Assembly (NCBI GenBank): GCA_008632985.1
Contig: QPGO01000028.1
Location: 1-64,000 of the forward strand
DNA: 64,000 nucleotides
Origin: Psammoneis japonica
Lineage: Eukaryota
Direction of reading: 5' to 3'
Both the position numbers and the translations under genes were made by a program. Position 1 is the stretch's first letter. Each line of letters begins with the position of its first letter. Shown here piece after piece: positions 47,160-58,806 of the stretch. The notes beneath the pieces were generated by a model. The model did no database searches, had not been told where the DNA came from, and saw only the letters and a list, made by a program, of their open reading frames with translations.

Positions 47160-50100
47160 TGCCAATCTTTGTCCCACCTCCTCTTCAGACAGCACCCCAT
47201 GATCATTTGACACAACCTCCCCAAGCTGCACCCCCACCAAAATGACCAGGCACATGGACTCTGATTGCTCCATTGCTGGCACTGCATTTCTGCTCACAAG
47301 AGCTGCCACTGTCTGGAAGACTTGGGTAAAACCAATGTGGTGTCTCTGCTCTCCTCCTTGGAAGAAGCTGAGTTGTTGCAGCATCTGACGTCGGCAAGAT
47401 GGCATTGCACCTTTGCTCAATCTTGGATGAAATCTCTGTCCCACAGATGCAGGCTGACCTGACACATGAGGACAACAATGCCTTCCTGGTGATGGCCAAT
47501 GCCAGCTAACCCACTCACCCCACTCAACAAATTGGCACCCAACACTTTGCCCTCCAAGACTGGGTGGAAGCCAGCATTGTGCAATGAGATCAAAACAGGT
47601 GGATGACATCAATGCGATTCATTCATGAATTGAGTTGCAATGTTCTTGTTGCTTGTCCTCTTGTCATTTTTGAACATTTTGACCCACAGTGTTTTTTTTA
47701 AGTTGTGTGTTGATTGTTGCTGTGATTGCCAGTGCAGCTCAACCACCCACACTTCAGTGGCTTTTCTGGCAGGCATGGCCAGTTGCACAGAGTCACATCA
47801 AACCCAAACATGCACGACCAACCAGCCCCACCCCTCTGTCAACTCACAAATTGTTGCCCTTTTTGCATTGAGCTGAGTGGTGTGCATGCATCTTTGCAGT
47901 TGATGTGACCTCATTCTGACAGAGCTGCATGGACAGCACACACAATCAAAACAAAGGGCAACCCCATGCACTGCACACTTGACATGGTCAGTGCCCCCCC
48001 AGAAGGGCTTGTTTCTCATTGCAACAAACAAGTTGCAACACAATGGATGATTTTTGCCAAAATTTTTGATGATTCACACACCATGACTGTTTGAAGGTTA
48101 ACACAAGAGATCATTGTTTGCTGTCAAACAGCCTCCCCTTTCTCCCATCACAGTGCGTGCCTTTTTTTGCTGCAGAAGCTGACAATCAACAGCACTTGCA
48201 TTTTGACATCGCGTGATGATTTTTGCACTTAACATGAACCGTGCATTGGATTTTGTGCCGCACTCCTCAATTGAAAATGAGCCATTGCTTTTGCCATTTC
48301 ACGTGGCCCATCAATGAACACCAAATTGATGCTGTGGTGTCAGCCATTCTTCATTTTCAACAGGCCTGTGCTGCAGCTGCAGCTTGATGTTTGTTGTCAT
48401 TGCCGTCTCACTTCCTTGTCATCCTTGTCATCACTGGAAAGCTCTGTTGTTGCTTGTGTTCTTGTCTCTGACTCTGCTGGTTTTTTCTTGCCCTTCTTGT
48501 CATTTTTCTTCTTCTTGTCCTTGGCTTGTTTTTTTGTCAACACAACTTTGTGGCAAACAACAGACATGTCAGCAGCAGCATTTTCAACCTTGTTGGCAAA
48601 GTTTTGTGCAGGCACTTGCCACTCATTGCATTCTTTGTTGTCATCTGTGTGACAGTGTTTCTTTTTGAGAGTGACAAAACCTCCTGTTGGTGGTTTGATG
48701 CTTGTTCGTGAGCTCATCTGCTCATGTTGCAAGGCTTGGCACCTTTCTGTCATTTGTCAAAAGAAGGAGCCACCCAATGAGACCACACCAGCTTGTCCTG
48801 CTTCTGCCCATCTGGTTGATGCTTCCAACAATGAGTTTGGTTGTCCACACCACAAGAATCCAATGTGGCAAGCGCATGCTGTCAAAGTTGCGGATGACTT
48901 CATGTCCTTTGGTCCAGAGCATGTGGAACAAACTGCACAGTCAGCTCCAACTCTGATGCAATGACTCAAGACACACAAACGTCAGCATCTCAAGAGCTGT
49001 GGCACTCACCGCAACAACCACTGGACACTCCAATGGGCCAAACAAAATCTTCCACTGATGGCGGCCATGATGGTCAGCCGAGGCCATGTCCTTCCTTCCA
49101 AACATTGAGTTTTAGAGTGGCGCTGCCTCTTTGTTTTGCTCCACCCCAAGGCTCAGTCAAAAAAATGCACTGGCAATCATTGCAAGAAGGAAGGTGCTTG
49201 TAGATTGTGTTGCTGTTGCACACCCACTGGGTCAGGAAAGAATTCAGGTCTGACACAATTTGAACAAGAATGACTCGCTCTTGCTCTGTCTCCATCATTT
49301 GAGTGTTGATGGCACCAGGTGGACATGGCAAGCAGAGCTCCAGCCCAGACAACAATTGGCTGCACAAGAAGATCAAACCACCTGCAAAGGTGTGAAAAAG
49401 CACAAATGGCATTTTTGGCAAGCACTCAAATGGCACAAAATGAGAAATGCAGAAAGAGCTTGCCACGGCAATGTTGTTGAATGTTGAGATGTCAGATGCC
49501 ATGGCTGGTTGTTGGCTGGCAACAGCATGTAGAATTTGCATGAATCATGACAGCACACCCTCTTGTTTTTTGGCATTTGGGGAGAGGGTGCACTGTCATG
49601 AAATGTGCAGAAAATTGTGCATGTAAAAATTGTGCCAAAAATGCCGCAAAGGTCGGTGGTGTGCAAGTGGAGGGAAACAGCAAGAAGTGCATGGCAGGTG
49701 TGGGGATGAAGGCAGGGCACTCACATGGGATGTGGTTAAATTGGAAAGACCAAAAGGAAAAGCAAACACATTGTCCACAACATGCAGAAATTTGCAGGTG
49801 TCATCAAATTAATTTTGAAAGGCAAGTTGAAATGAAAAGATTTGTGTGCAACAATCACAATGCAAAAATCATTTCCATTTGTTTGTTGAGTTTCTTTGCA
49901 ATGATTGGTTTTGTGTGTTGAAGAAAAATTGCCATGTTTGCACAAAGAATCAACAAGGAAATGGACAATCACTGTGTTGTGGCCTCTGATGAACATCATG
50001 CTCACTTGGGGCAGGTTGCTTTCTTGATGTTGTCAATGGCAAAGCAGGCATGATTGACAACATTGACAGCTGCAAAGAGGGCAAGCAGCAAGGGGCATCA

Positions 50101-51970
50101 AAAGATTTCAATGCCTGTGGGTCATGTGCTCAACACATGTGTTGAGTGCAAGTGTGTTGGGTGGGTTGCTGCTTCCTCAATGTTGTCAATGACAAAGCAG
50201 GCTTGATTGACAACATTGACAGCCAAAAAGAGGGCAAGTGCAGGAAGGGGCATCAAAAAATGTCAGATGTGATGAGCTGTGCATCAGCAGACTTCAGTGC
50301 CTGTGGGTTGTGCACTCAACACATGTGTTGAGTGCAAGCGCACATTGCTTGCCAAACTTGCCAAACACGTTCACAACTCAGGTGGGTTGCTCCCTCAATG
50401 TTTTCAATGAGATGTCAGATGATGAGTGTGAGAGCAGGAAAAGGTGTTTCTGCCTCATGAGTTGGGTGTCTGATGAGAATGATGACAGGAGAAGTGCACA
50501 GACACAGAGGCCAACAAAGACAAGCTTGTCAGTGGAAGAAAAGGAGTGGGGCAAGAAAGACCAAAAGGGGCAAGGCACCAAACAGCATGGTGGTGGTGAG
50601 TGAGGGAGAATTGCCAGCTCTGCAGCAGGCAAAAATGCCACCACACATGGCGTTGTTGTGACATTTGTGCAGACAATGACCACTGGCCAGCCAGCAGCCA
50701 CTCCGGGTTGGGGGTCAACAACAGCGGGTGCATCACCCTTGTGTTGCATGTGTGCCAAGCAATCAACTGTGGCTGTCTGTTGGATCTGTGCACATGTTTG
50801 ACCCAACGAAGTGTGCAATTTCATGTTGTGTCAAAGACAAATGTTTCATGAAAATTTGAACTCAATGTTTGGTTTTGAAATCATTGGTTGGATTGCCTCA
50901 CACATGCAACATGTCATGGCAAAAAAAAGAAACAGCACCAATCATGGCAAAAAACTGGCATTTTGCAAGTGTTCCCACCAAAAGCCCAACAACACACACA
51001 TGCATTGTGACACCTGCTGCATCTTCTTCCCTCACCACTCTTTTGCAGCCTCCTCTGGTCAAAATGGGGGTGAGGTGTTGCTTGCAACATCATGCTGATG
51101 GCAAGCACCATTGCTCTGGTGGTCATGGTGGGAAGCACAAACATCATCGCAAGGGGTGTGCCAAGTCAAGTGCAGTGACTCTGCCCTCTGGGCACATGTT
51201 CTCTCCATCTGCATTGCTCGACAAGGTCAAGAAAGAGTGGCATTTTCTTGCCGGCATAGCTGGCCACTTTGGCCACTGAAATTCTGCCCTCAGCATTGAG
51301 CTCTCAATGCCAGCCAAGCATGGACAGGGTTGGCAGACCACTTGTCTCCCCTGCATCCCTGCCAGTGGTTTCCATTGGCAACGCTGTTGCCTTGGACCCT
51401 TGCTGCCTCTTTCCCAGTTGTGAAGCCAATGAGGTTGATGAGAACAGCAGCAGCTCCCTGCTTTGCACACCATTTCTCTGACGGCAAACCTGTGCCAGCA
51501 TTGATCAGAGCAGCGGCCCCACTGGGATGTTGCCATTTCCCCTGCCATCGCTGTTGATGGTGTTTCTGCCAATCCAGCCAACGAATGTTTCTCCTTGCAT
51601 TTCCCACCCACTCCAAACAAGATTTCAGATGTTTGCATGTCGGCGCTCCTTGCCATCTTCTCTGCATGAGAGTGCCATTTTCAATCTTGCCTTTTTTGTT
51701 GGGCAGGAAGTTTGAGCTTTCCAAAGAGGAAAAATCCGCTCTTGTTTGCAGAGGCAAGCTTGACATCGACCGCGTGCTCGAGGTGCACCCGAGATCACAC
51801 ACGCAGTGCTCCTGCAGTTGAGCAGGTTGGGGCAAGTCTGTGATGTGGCGCGGCGCACCCACTGTTGACCACTGCCAACTGGGAGGGGAGGCAGCTGCGG
51901 CAGTGGCCACCACTCTCTGCTCTTCTGCACTGCTGCTGCCAGCAGGCCTGCCAACCGGCAAGTGGCAGCT
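47160..51970. other. TA/CG-depleted hypermutated domain D5
   Basis: About 11 TA counted by eye over ~4.8 kb. CG is scarce except at the right edge (51640-51970). Confidence 0.88.
50012..50410. repeat. Degenerate tandem duplication (~150-190 bp unit, 2 copies plus a partial third)
   Basis: TGTTGTCAATG.CAAAGCAGGC.TGATTGACAACATTGACAGC and CTCAACACATGTGTTGAGTGCAAG each occur twice. Confidence 0.8.
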
Positions 51971-54124
51971 CTGTTGTACGTACGTGCAATGTGTTGGTGC
52001 CGGCAGGCACCGGTAGAGAGCCCAGTGGCCACTGACTGAGGGCCCAAATGGTGCATGCTCGCAAAATCTAGCCGTTGACCAAAAAATGTCAATGGCCTTT
52101 ACATAAAACGCAATGCTCAGGTCTTTCAAAAAGGCAACATTCCAACAGGCAATAGAGGAAAAAATGACAGTAACATGCGCAAGACACTTTGTGTATAAAT
52201 AGTCACGTCATTAGTCAACTGAATTGTCTGGTATGGTAGCGACGTGGAACAGATTTTGACTCTTCTGACTTATTATGTTGGGACTATGTCCTCCCTAAGA
52301 AAGCATTTCAAGACATTGTCGTTTTAGGGCACTTATAGGCAAATGTCATCGATCGATTCTCGGCATGATGGGTCACACAATTTCGTCCCTGCGAATGCTG
52401 TTGCGTGGCATTGCTCACCGTGGATACCGGTAGATTCGTTAACTACTCACAACTCGCCATTTGAAGCAGTAAGACAAGTCTTTACATGGTGCACTGGACA
52501 AAGATTCTTCCAGCATCGTTGCTTCTGCTAGGCACGTGTGCCGGCACAGGGCTCCGGAGCGATCGTCGAGTTGAAGAGGACAAAGTCACGTTCTCGATCA
52601 TGATTAGAGCAAACATTCAAACCAGGAAATGTGATCCTGGTGAAAGAGATTAGTCTAGCTTCGAGATGCCCTTTGGGGAATGTTGGAAACACGTATATTT
52701 GAGGAAATGAAGCGTGCGGGAGATAATGTTACTGGTTTTGTTGTAACAAGCTTAGACTTTGGAAACTTTTTGGAAGATCCGAACAGGCGCAGACTTCGGA
52801 GGCGGAGGTGGCCAGTTATTGGAGGTTGGTAAAAGAGAAACTCCCGCAATAACGACTACACCCACAAAAACCTTCATTAACCATTCATGTTTCACCCTCC
52901 TTTCGTTTTAGGCGGTTACCCAGCCTGTGGCAGACGTCATAATCGTTGTGACAGTGATGATAGGAGAAGATTTCTAGGAGCACCCAAGTCTCGATGGTTG
53001 GCGAACGTAGACGAAGAAGAAACCGAGGCGGACAAGAATGTTGGAAGAAATGTTGAGCAAGACCTTCAAGGATTTGTTGGTAAAAAGTCCAACTTTTGCA
53101 TGAAAGGCAAGATCAGATTCATGATACGTATTCGAGGGCTCAACAATGGGAACGGTAAAACCAGGAACAAAGTCAACGGGATTCTCAATGTGTTTCTCCG
53201 CGAACGGAACCGCAAACGGCGCGTGAATCCTAATCCTTCTAAGTAGTAGAATGCGTACAGCGCCTTTTTAAAATGATAAGTAAGGTCATTTTCAATGAAA
53301 GTAACGAACGTCATTTTCGTATTCTGAAGACCTAATTTAAGCGCAATTCGTGTGTTGGGTTTCATATGCAAGCCAGCCCTTTGCGCTTCTGCTGTACCGG
53401 GTCATGAGAGTTTAAACTAGACTTTTGCTCCCTCGTACAAACGTGTTTACGCGTCCTGCATGTGCTATTATTAATCTTGGGGAATGTAGGGGGGTCGTTG
53501 TCACCGTACGTTTATTTCATGGCGAAATGGCTTCTTCAAATGGCTTCTTCCAATGGCGTTAGGCGCTTTCGGCATCATACTTTTTCTAATAGCATTGGGC
53601 GCTTTCTGCATCGTCCTTAGACAGCGCAAACAAAACTTTCCAATGGCATTGAAGGCTTTCTGTATCACACCTCTCTAGAGAGAACGTAGATAATACTAAT
53701 TTTGCTGGATACGAGCGATGGGGCTATTAGTTTAATGATGGGAGAAGGAGGCAGGCTTGATTTTCTCCACAACTTCATTGGAATCGCATTGAAAGCCTTC
53801 GATCTTTTCTAGATGGGCTCTCCAAGCCTAAATCCGATCAAAGGAAGCATCAAGAAAAGCTAGATACTAAATGGTCGAAAGTTGACCCAGTGTTCCTCCA
53901 CCAGAAAATGACACGGTGAGTACCAGCTATGATGGATGCGATACCGGTAGAGCAATGCATATACGGACCAAACCAACAAAGCAACAATGCCGATCGGCGA
54001 AAAAGTGCAGCCAGGTTGGACCAAACGACGGACGCGATGACCACAATACAGTATCAGGAGCCCTAGGTAATTTTGCGGACCGATTGAGGACTGCCCAACC
54101 ACATTCACTGTGGCATATTTTTAC

Positions 54125-55837
54125 TTACATTAGATGATTTGAGAAACGATTGTCTTTTCCACCACTTTTTAACAATGCTCGAACCCGTTCTCGATCTGGA
54201 TCATCAGGTTTGAGCCAAGCCATTAGAGCATGTTCAAATCTTTCATACACCTTGGCAGCGAGATCGACATGCCCAGCAACTAGTAAATCTTGTCCAGCGT
54301 GGAAAGAAAGATGGGCACAGATATCCACAATAGTGTGTGCCATATCATCTTGGTTGTCAGTTCCGCAAAGCTGGTTGACTATCTGGCGGATTTGCTTGAC
54401 ACTTGCACCCGTGGAAGTGACCCTGCTTTTTCGGATGTTTTTGGCGGTATTCTTGGCAGCAGCAGAAGCAACAGCATCTCTCAAATTGATGTGGCCTAAC
54501 ACGACTCTTGCATTTTGACAACCCCAATTAATTTGCTGCAGTTGCGACATTGCTGAAAGTCGCAAGAGGGAGTTCACGTCTGAGGGTGGTGGAATACCAA
54601 TTTGACGGAGCTGCATCATTGTGCTAGCTTCTGAAGCTGCCGCTGTAGCGATTGTGCGAAACCACCTGTACTGTAGCCAATGCAATGGATGGAGCTCGAA
54701 TGTCACTTGTCGCTGTTCTGATAGTAGGGTCGCCAACAATCCAGGTCGCACACCGGTCATGCGCAAGTCGGCTTCTATGCGTTCGTAACGTTGAATCAGT
54801 TCCGTCTCTATCGACAGCTGTTCTGTTGTAGGATTGGATAAGCCACAGCCAATGCACGACCATTCTAGCTGATCCAGGCCCTTGCTAAACATGACGCCTT
54901 GGCGGTCACCGCATACCTGGCACCAGAGAGGACGACACTCGTCATATCCTGTGCATCTGCTACATTGGCAGACAAAGTCTCGATCCTGTCGTAGAGCCCT
55001 TTGTCGTTCTTGACGAGGCTTTACAAAGACTTCACCGAGGTACGAAATCGATAGTCGATCCCCTTTTGATATTGTATTGAGAGCAACGTATTCTAGCTCG
55101 CCTTTGATGCTGTGGTAACGGAGATTTGGGGCACATGAATGCTCAATCTTTGAGCCACGAGCAAAGAGAGCGGAGTGCTCAAAATCGGAACTCGCACCCA
55201 AATTAAGAGAGTCTAGGACGGTAATTCTTCCTTCCTCCGCTTCTGATCCACCTCGAAAAGAATGTGCGTTTGTATTTGCAATCGAGAAAAGCTGCTTTGC
55301 AAGTTCTGCCGTCATTTGTGTCTTTTTCCCGTGACTGCTCCGGATGAACTGCTGGTACAGCGGTTCAGACCTTAGAGCCATTCGTAGTGCTTCTTTGGTC
55401 GGTGATCCGTCCTTCTTCCTTAAAGGTGGGTGATACATGTCTAGAATACAATCCTTGTCCTGTTGAGAAAGCATGGAAAATGACTCGAGTAAATCAATGC
55501 AACTCGATTTGAATACAAGAGTTGGAGGCTCCGCTAGGACGACATCATGGAGAGAAAAGTCTCGAGTAGCAAGAGCCACTCGACCAAGAGGTCCGCCACT
55601 TTCAACTACTTGTACTCCAGAGAGAAAGCTCTCTGAAGGCTCCTTGGTGGTACCAGCAAGGCGTTTGCATTCTAGTTTGTGCCCTCCGGGACTACGCTTC
55701 CAGTCCTCCACCTGACACTCCTTGGAACAGTATGCAACCGAGTGGCATTTTGCGCACCGAAGTAGCCTTCCCGTTGACGTTCCGGGTGCAGTTGTTTGGG
55801 TACAGCCTAGGTTGTGACAAGTCTCCTTGGACGCCAT
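54125..55837 (-). CDS. MYND zinc finger plus SET domain (SMYD-like) lysine methyltransferase
   Basis: CAKCHSVAYCSKECQVEDW...HKLEC (MYND), GRVALATRD, SKIEHSCAPN, LSISYL and FVCQCSRC (post-SET). Confidence 0.9.
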   Translation of the reverse strand: MASKETCHNLGCTQTTAPGTSTGRLLRCAKCHSVAYCSKECQVEDWKRSPGGHKLECKRLAGTTKEPSESFLSGVQVVESGGPLGRVALATRDFSLHDVVLAEPPTLVFKSSCIDLLESFSMLSQQDKDCILDMYHPPLRKKDGSPTKEALRMALRSEPLYQQFIRSSHGKKTQMTAELAKQLFSIANTNAHSFRGGSEAEEGRITVLDSLNLGASSDFEHSALFARGSKIEHSCAPNLRYHSIKGELEYVALNTISKGDRLSISYLGEVFVKPRQERQRALRQDRDFVCQCSRCTGYDECRPLWCQVCGDRQGVMFSKGLDQLEWSCIGCGLSNPTTEQLSIETELIQRYERIEADLRMTGVRPGLLATLLSEQRQVTFELHPLHWLQYRWFRTIATAAASEASTMMQLRQIGIPPPSDVNSLLRLSAMSQLQQINWGCQNARVVLGHINLRDAVASAAAKNTAKNIRKSRVTSTGASVKQIRQIVNQLCGTDNQDDMAHTIVDICAHLSFHAGQDLLVAGHVDLAAKVYERFEHALMAWLKPDDPDRERVRALLKSGGKDNRFSNHLM

Positions 55838-56464
55838 TTTCGGCTGCCTTTTGTGTGATACGGCTTCCGAGTAGGAGGTTCTCTTGAAAACCCGAAAAGC
55901 TATGCTGTAGATCCTCGACCTTGGCCTCTGATTGGTCGCGGCGGCCGTCTAACGACGTGGTTGTACTGAAACGAAAAAATGAAAACAGCTAGCCTAACTC
56001 GCGGTGGCCTTGCCTCTCTCTGTAGCGAGTGCCTCCTTTCGACCAACTTTTGAAGAGGACAGAATGCATTACGTATTTTGATCCTCTACTAGACGCCCTA
56101 GATTGGTAGCTACATGATGTAAGAACACTTCTTTAGTATGAAGAACCCTCTGAGTAGTATTGTTGTCAAGCAGAGCAGATTGTGAGAAGACGACATCAAA
56201 AGGTGATGGTAATGAACAGAGTTAACATATTAAAACGCTTACATTAAGAGTTGTCGCGTAGAGAAGAATGAAACGAATTCGTACAGAGGACGCCCATGGT
56301 GGCCGCCGCAATGAATAAGAAACAAGTAGAAGTATAAAAAGAATATAAAGAGCCGAGCTTCGTGTATAGAGTCGCATTCTCGTGAATTGCTGGGAATGCA
56401 AACCATGCAAGTAGATGCTTTAGTTGCACTCTAACAACGTGAATGCAAACCCATACGGGTACGC

Positions 56465-58132
56465 TTATGCTTTCGTCACTCCAACCTTTGTCTGAAACTT
56501 GGCTGGCACCTTTTGCAAGGCGGGAACCTTGGACAGGCCGGGGATTTTGGACAAAACAAACATGATTCTCCATCTGAGCAATCTCCACATTCCCGCGGTT
56601 CCGGGACGTCCAAAGCCACCAAAGGCTCTCGAATGAAAGTTGAGCAGCGCCCGTTCATATTGCACATTGCGCAATACCGACGTGGCTGCCTCCCATCCCC
56701 ATCGTTCCGCTTCGGCACGTGCCTGAATGCCCATTTCTTTTCGAAAGGCCTTGTTTTGCAGTTTCTGGAGACACTTTACAAAGCCATCCGTATCGCCCGG
56801 CTCCACAAGAAAGCCGTCGGTTTCGTGACGAATCAAATCGGGAATACCCCCCGCCTTGGCTCCCACAACGGGCACACCACTTGCCATGCTTTCCAAACCA
56901 CAAATCCGAGTGTTTCCGAATCACTCGGCATGACAAAGGCATCGGCCGACGCAAAGGCACTGCTCAACTCATCTCCACTCAACTGTCCCGTAAAGACCGT
57001 TTTGGTTCCTTTGAAATAGTCGTGCAACTCTTCTTCTTGTGGTCCCTTGCCTACTATACAGAGCCGCGCATTGGGCATTTTCTGTAGCATGGCCTTTATA
57101 TCCTTTAATCGCTTTTCCGCTCCCAACCGTCCCACGTACACCATTAAAAAGTCGTTGGGGTTTCCGTCTGTCATTTTGATTCGCATGTCGGTGGATTTGA
57201 ATTTCGGTTGAAAACGTTCGGTATCGATTCCCTTGCGCCAAACGTCGACACGAGGAATGCCCTGACCTTCCAACTCGGCCTTCATTTGGGGACTCGTCAC
57301 GAGCGTCAAATCGGCACGGGAATGCACCCAACGGAGGGCCTCCCAACACAAGCGTTCCACGCCAGGAACGAAACTGAGATAATTCTTGCCGTATGTGGGC
57401 AAGTGTGTATGATAACTCATGACTGAGACGAGAAAAAAAGTGAGAAAAATGGAGAGAGTGAGAATTTGCGTTTCTGAAACAAAAGATAACAACACAAGCC
57501 ACGGTATGTAGTCTTACCGAGTGGAATCTTGAGAACTCGAGCATAGAAGAGCGCCGCAAACAAGATGAAACCACTGCAGTACAAAATGGTCACAATATAA
57601 TATGAGTACAGATTCAGCATTGGTGAGAACCACATTCAGAATTCCTACATCACGACTCTTTTCATAATAATCATACTTACGGACTCGTGACATGAATCAA
57701 ATCGGGTCTAAACTTTTCAATAATTTGTGCTCCCTTGAGTTCGGGCAAATCAATGGATAGAGAAATGTGATTGTAGAGTGGAAAGGTAAAGCCCTGCGTG
57801 TGTGTAATGGGATACCCCATGAATGATTTGGGCAGCTCCTTGGTTTGCGTATCGACCGTCAAGACATTGACATCGTCGCCCGCCTTGGACATGAATTTGA
57901 GCATTTCCTTGAATCGATTGGCATAACCGGAAACATGAGTAAAGGGTGTCGGTTCCACCATGAGACAGACACGGCGTGGTGGATTGCGTCGCAGGGGAGG
58001 TGCATCATTGTTGGAATTCCTTTTGCTAAACAGACAGCTTCTGCTTGCGGCGGCTCTTGATGTGGTGGACGGTATAAAGCCATGGCTTTGTACAGCCAAG
58101 AGCGCTGCAAGCACAACGGCAAGCACTCTCAT
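56465..58132 (-). CDS. SQD2: Sulfoquinovosyldiacylglycerol synthase (GT4), plastid-targeted, 3 exons
   Basis: VEPTPFTHVSGYANRF, SYHTHLP, VDVWRKGIDT, YVGRLGAEK and FVMPSDSETLGFVV(L)ESMASG. Introns at ~57574-57680 and ~57425-57517, a frameshift at ~56895, and a signal peptide followed by F. Confidence 0.9.
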
Positions 58133-58806
58133 GTTGCAAATTCAAAAAAATGAGAGAGGATGTGTGTTTGGTGTCTTTGAACTTTTTTCAAAACCAGGAT
58201 ACGAAACGACGAATGCCAATGGGAATCTCATCCGAGCGAGCGAGATTCTTCATTCGTCACATTGGCCTTTCGGTGTTCAACGCATCCATAAACAATGGCG
58301 GTGACGCGCCGATTTTGTGGGAGTACGTGGTGCCTCTGAATAGGACAAGAAAAAGGGCGTTCTTATCGTATGGAATCTAATAGGAAATGACGGAAAACTA
58401 CGTAGTCCTGTCGTATTGTTTACGCTAATGAATTGCTATTTTATGGTCAAGAATTCATGATAGGAACAACACGTACTTGAAGCTGGATTGGCGCGAATCT
58501 TTCTCATTCGAATTGCTCGACTGATTTTTGAAATTTTGAAACGGACAGACGGTCGTAGTCTTTGTGGCGCGCCGCGCAGGTTTCGTCGTGTTCATTATTT
58601 CAGTAACGTCAATATGGAAACGATTCAAAAAATGCATCCGAACGAGCCAAGTTGGTGACCAACAATTTCCAAATAATTCATTTCGGATCCAGCACAGCCG
58701 GCCTCTCCAGTCTTTCTGACAAAGGCAAGGGTGTGTCGGAGCTCGTCGTGTTCAGGAGGACGCCGAGAAAAGTAGATCAAAAGGAAGGACGCAAGGCACA
58801 GCCGCT

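Noticed and set aside
43416..52129. Many 60-280 aa ORFs in D4 and D5 (also D1-D3) as real genes
   Set aside because: They overlap in all frames, have no recognisable domains, and their composition is explained by loss of TAA/TAG and Tyr codons.
52130..53850. Possible degenerate retroelement or gene, and short AATGGC...GCTTTC repeats near 53525-53670
   Set aside because: No recognisable domain, termini or sustained reading frame.
54125..55837. SMYD-like SET gene as the effector of the hypermutated domains
   Set aside because: Proximity only. MYND-SET genes are common in these genomes, and nothing in the sequence links this one to the process.
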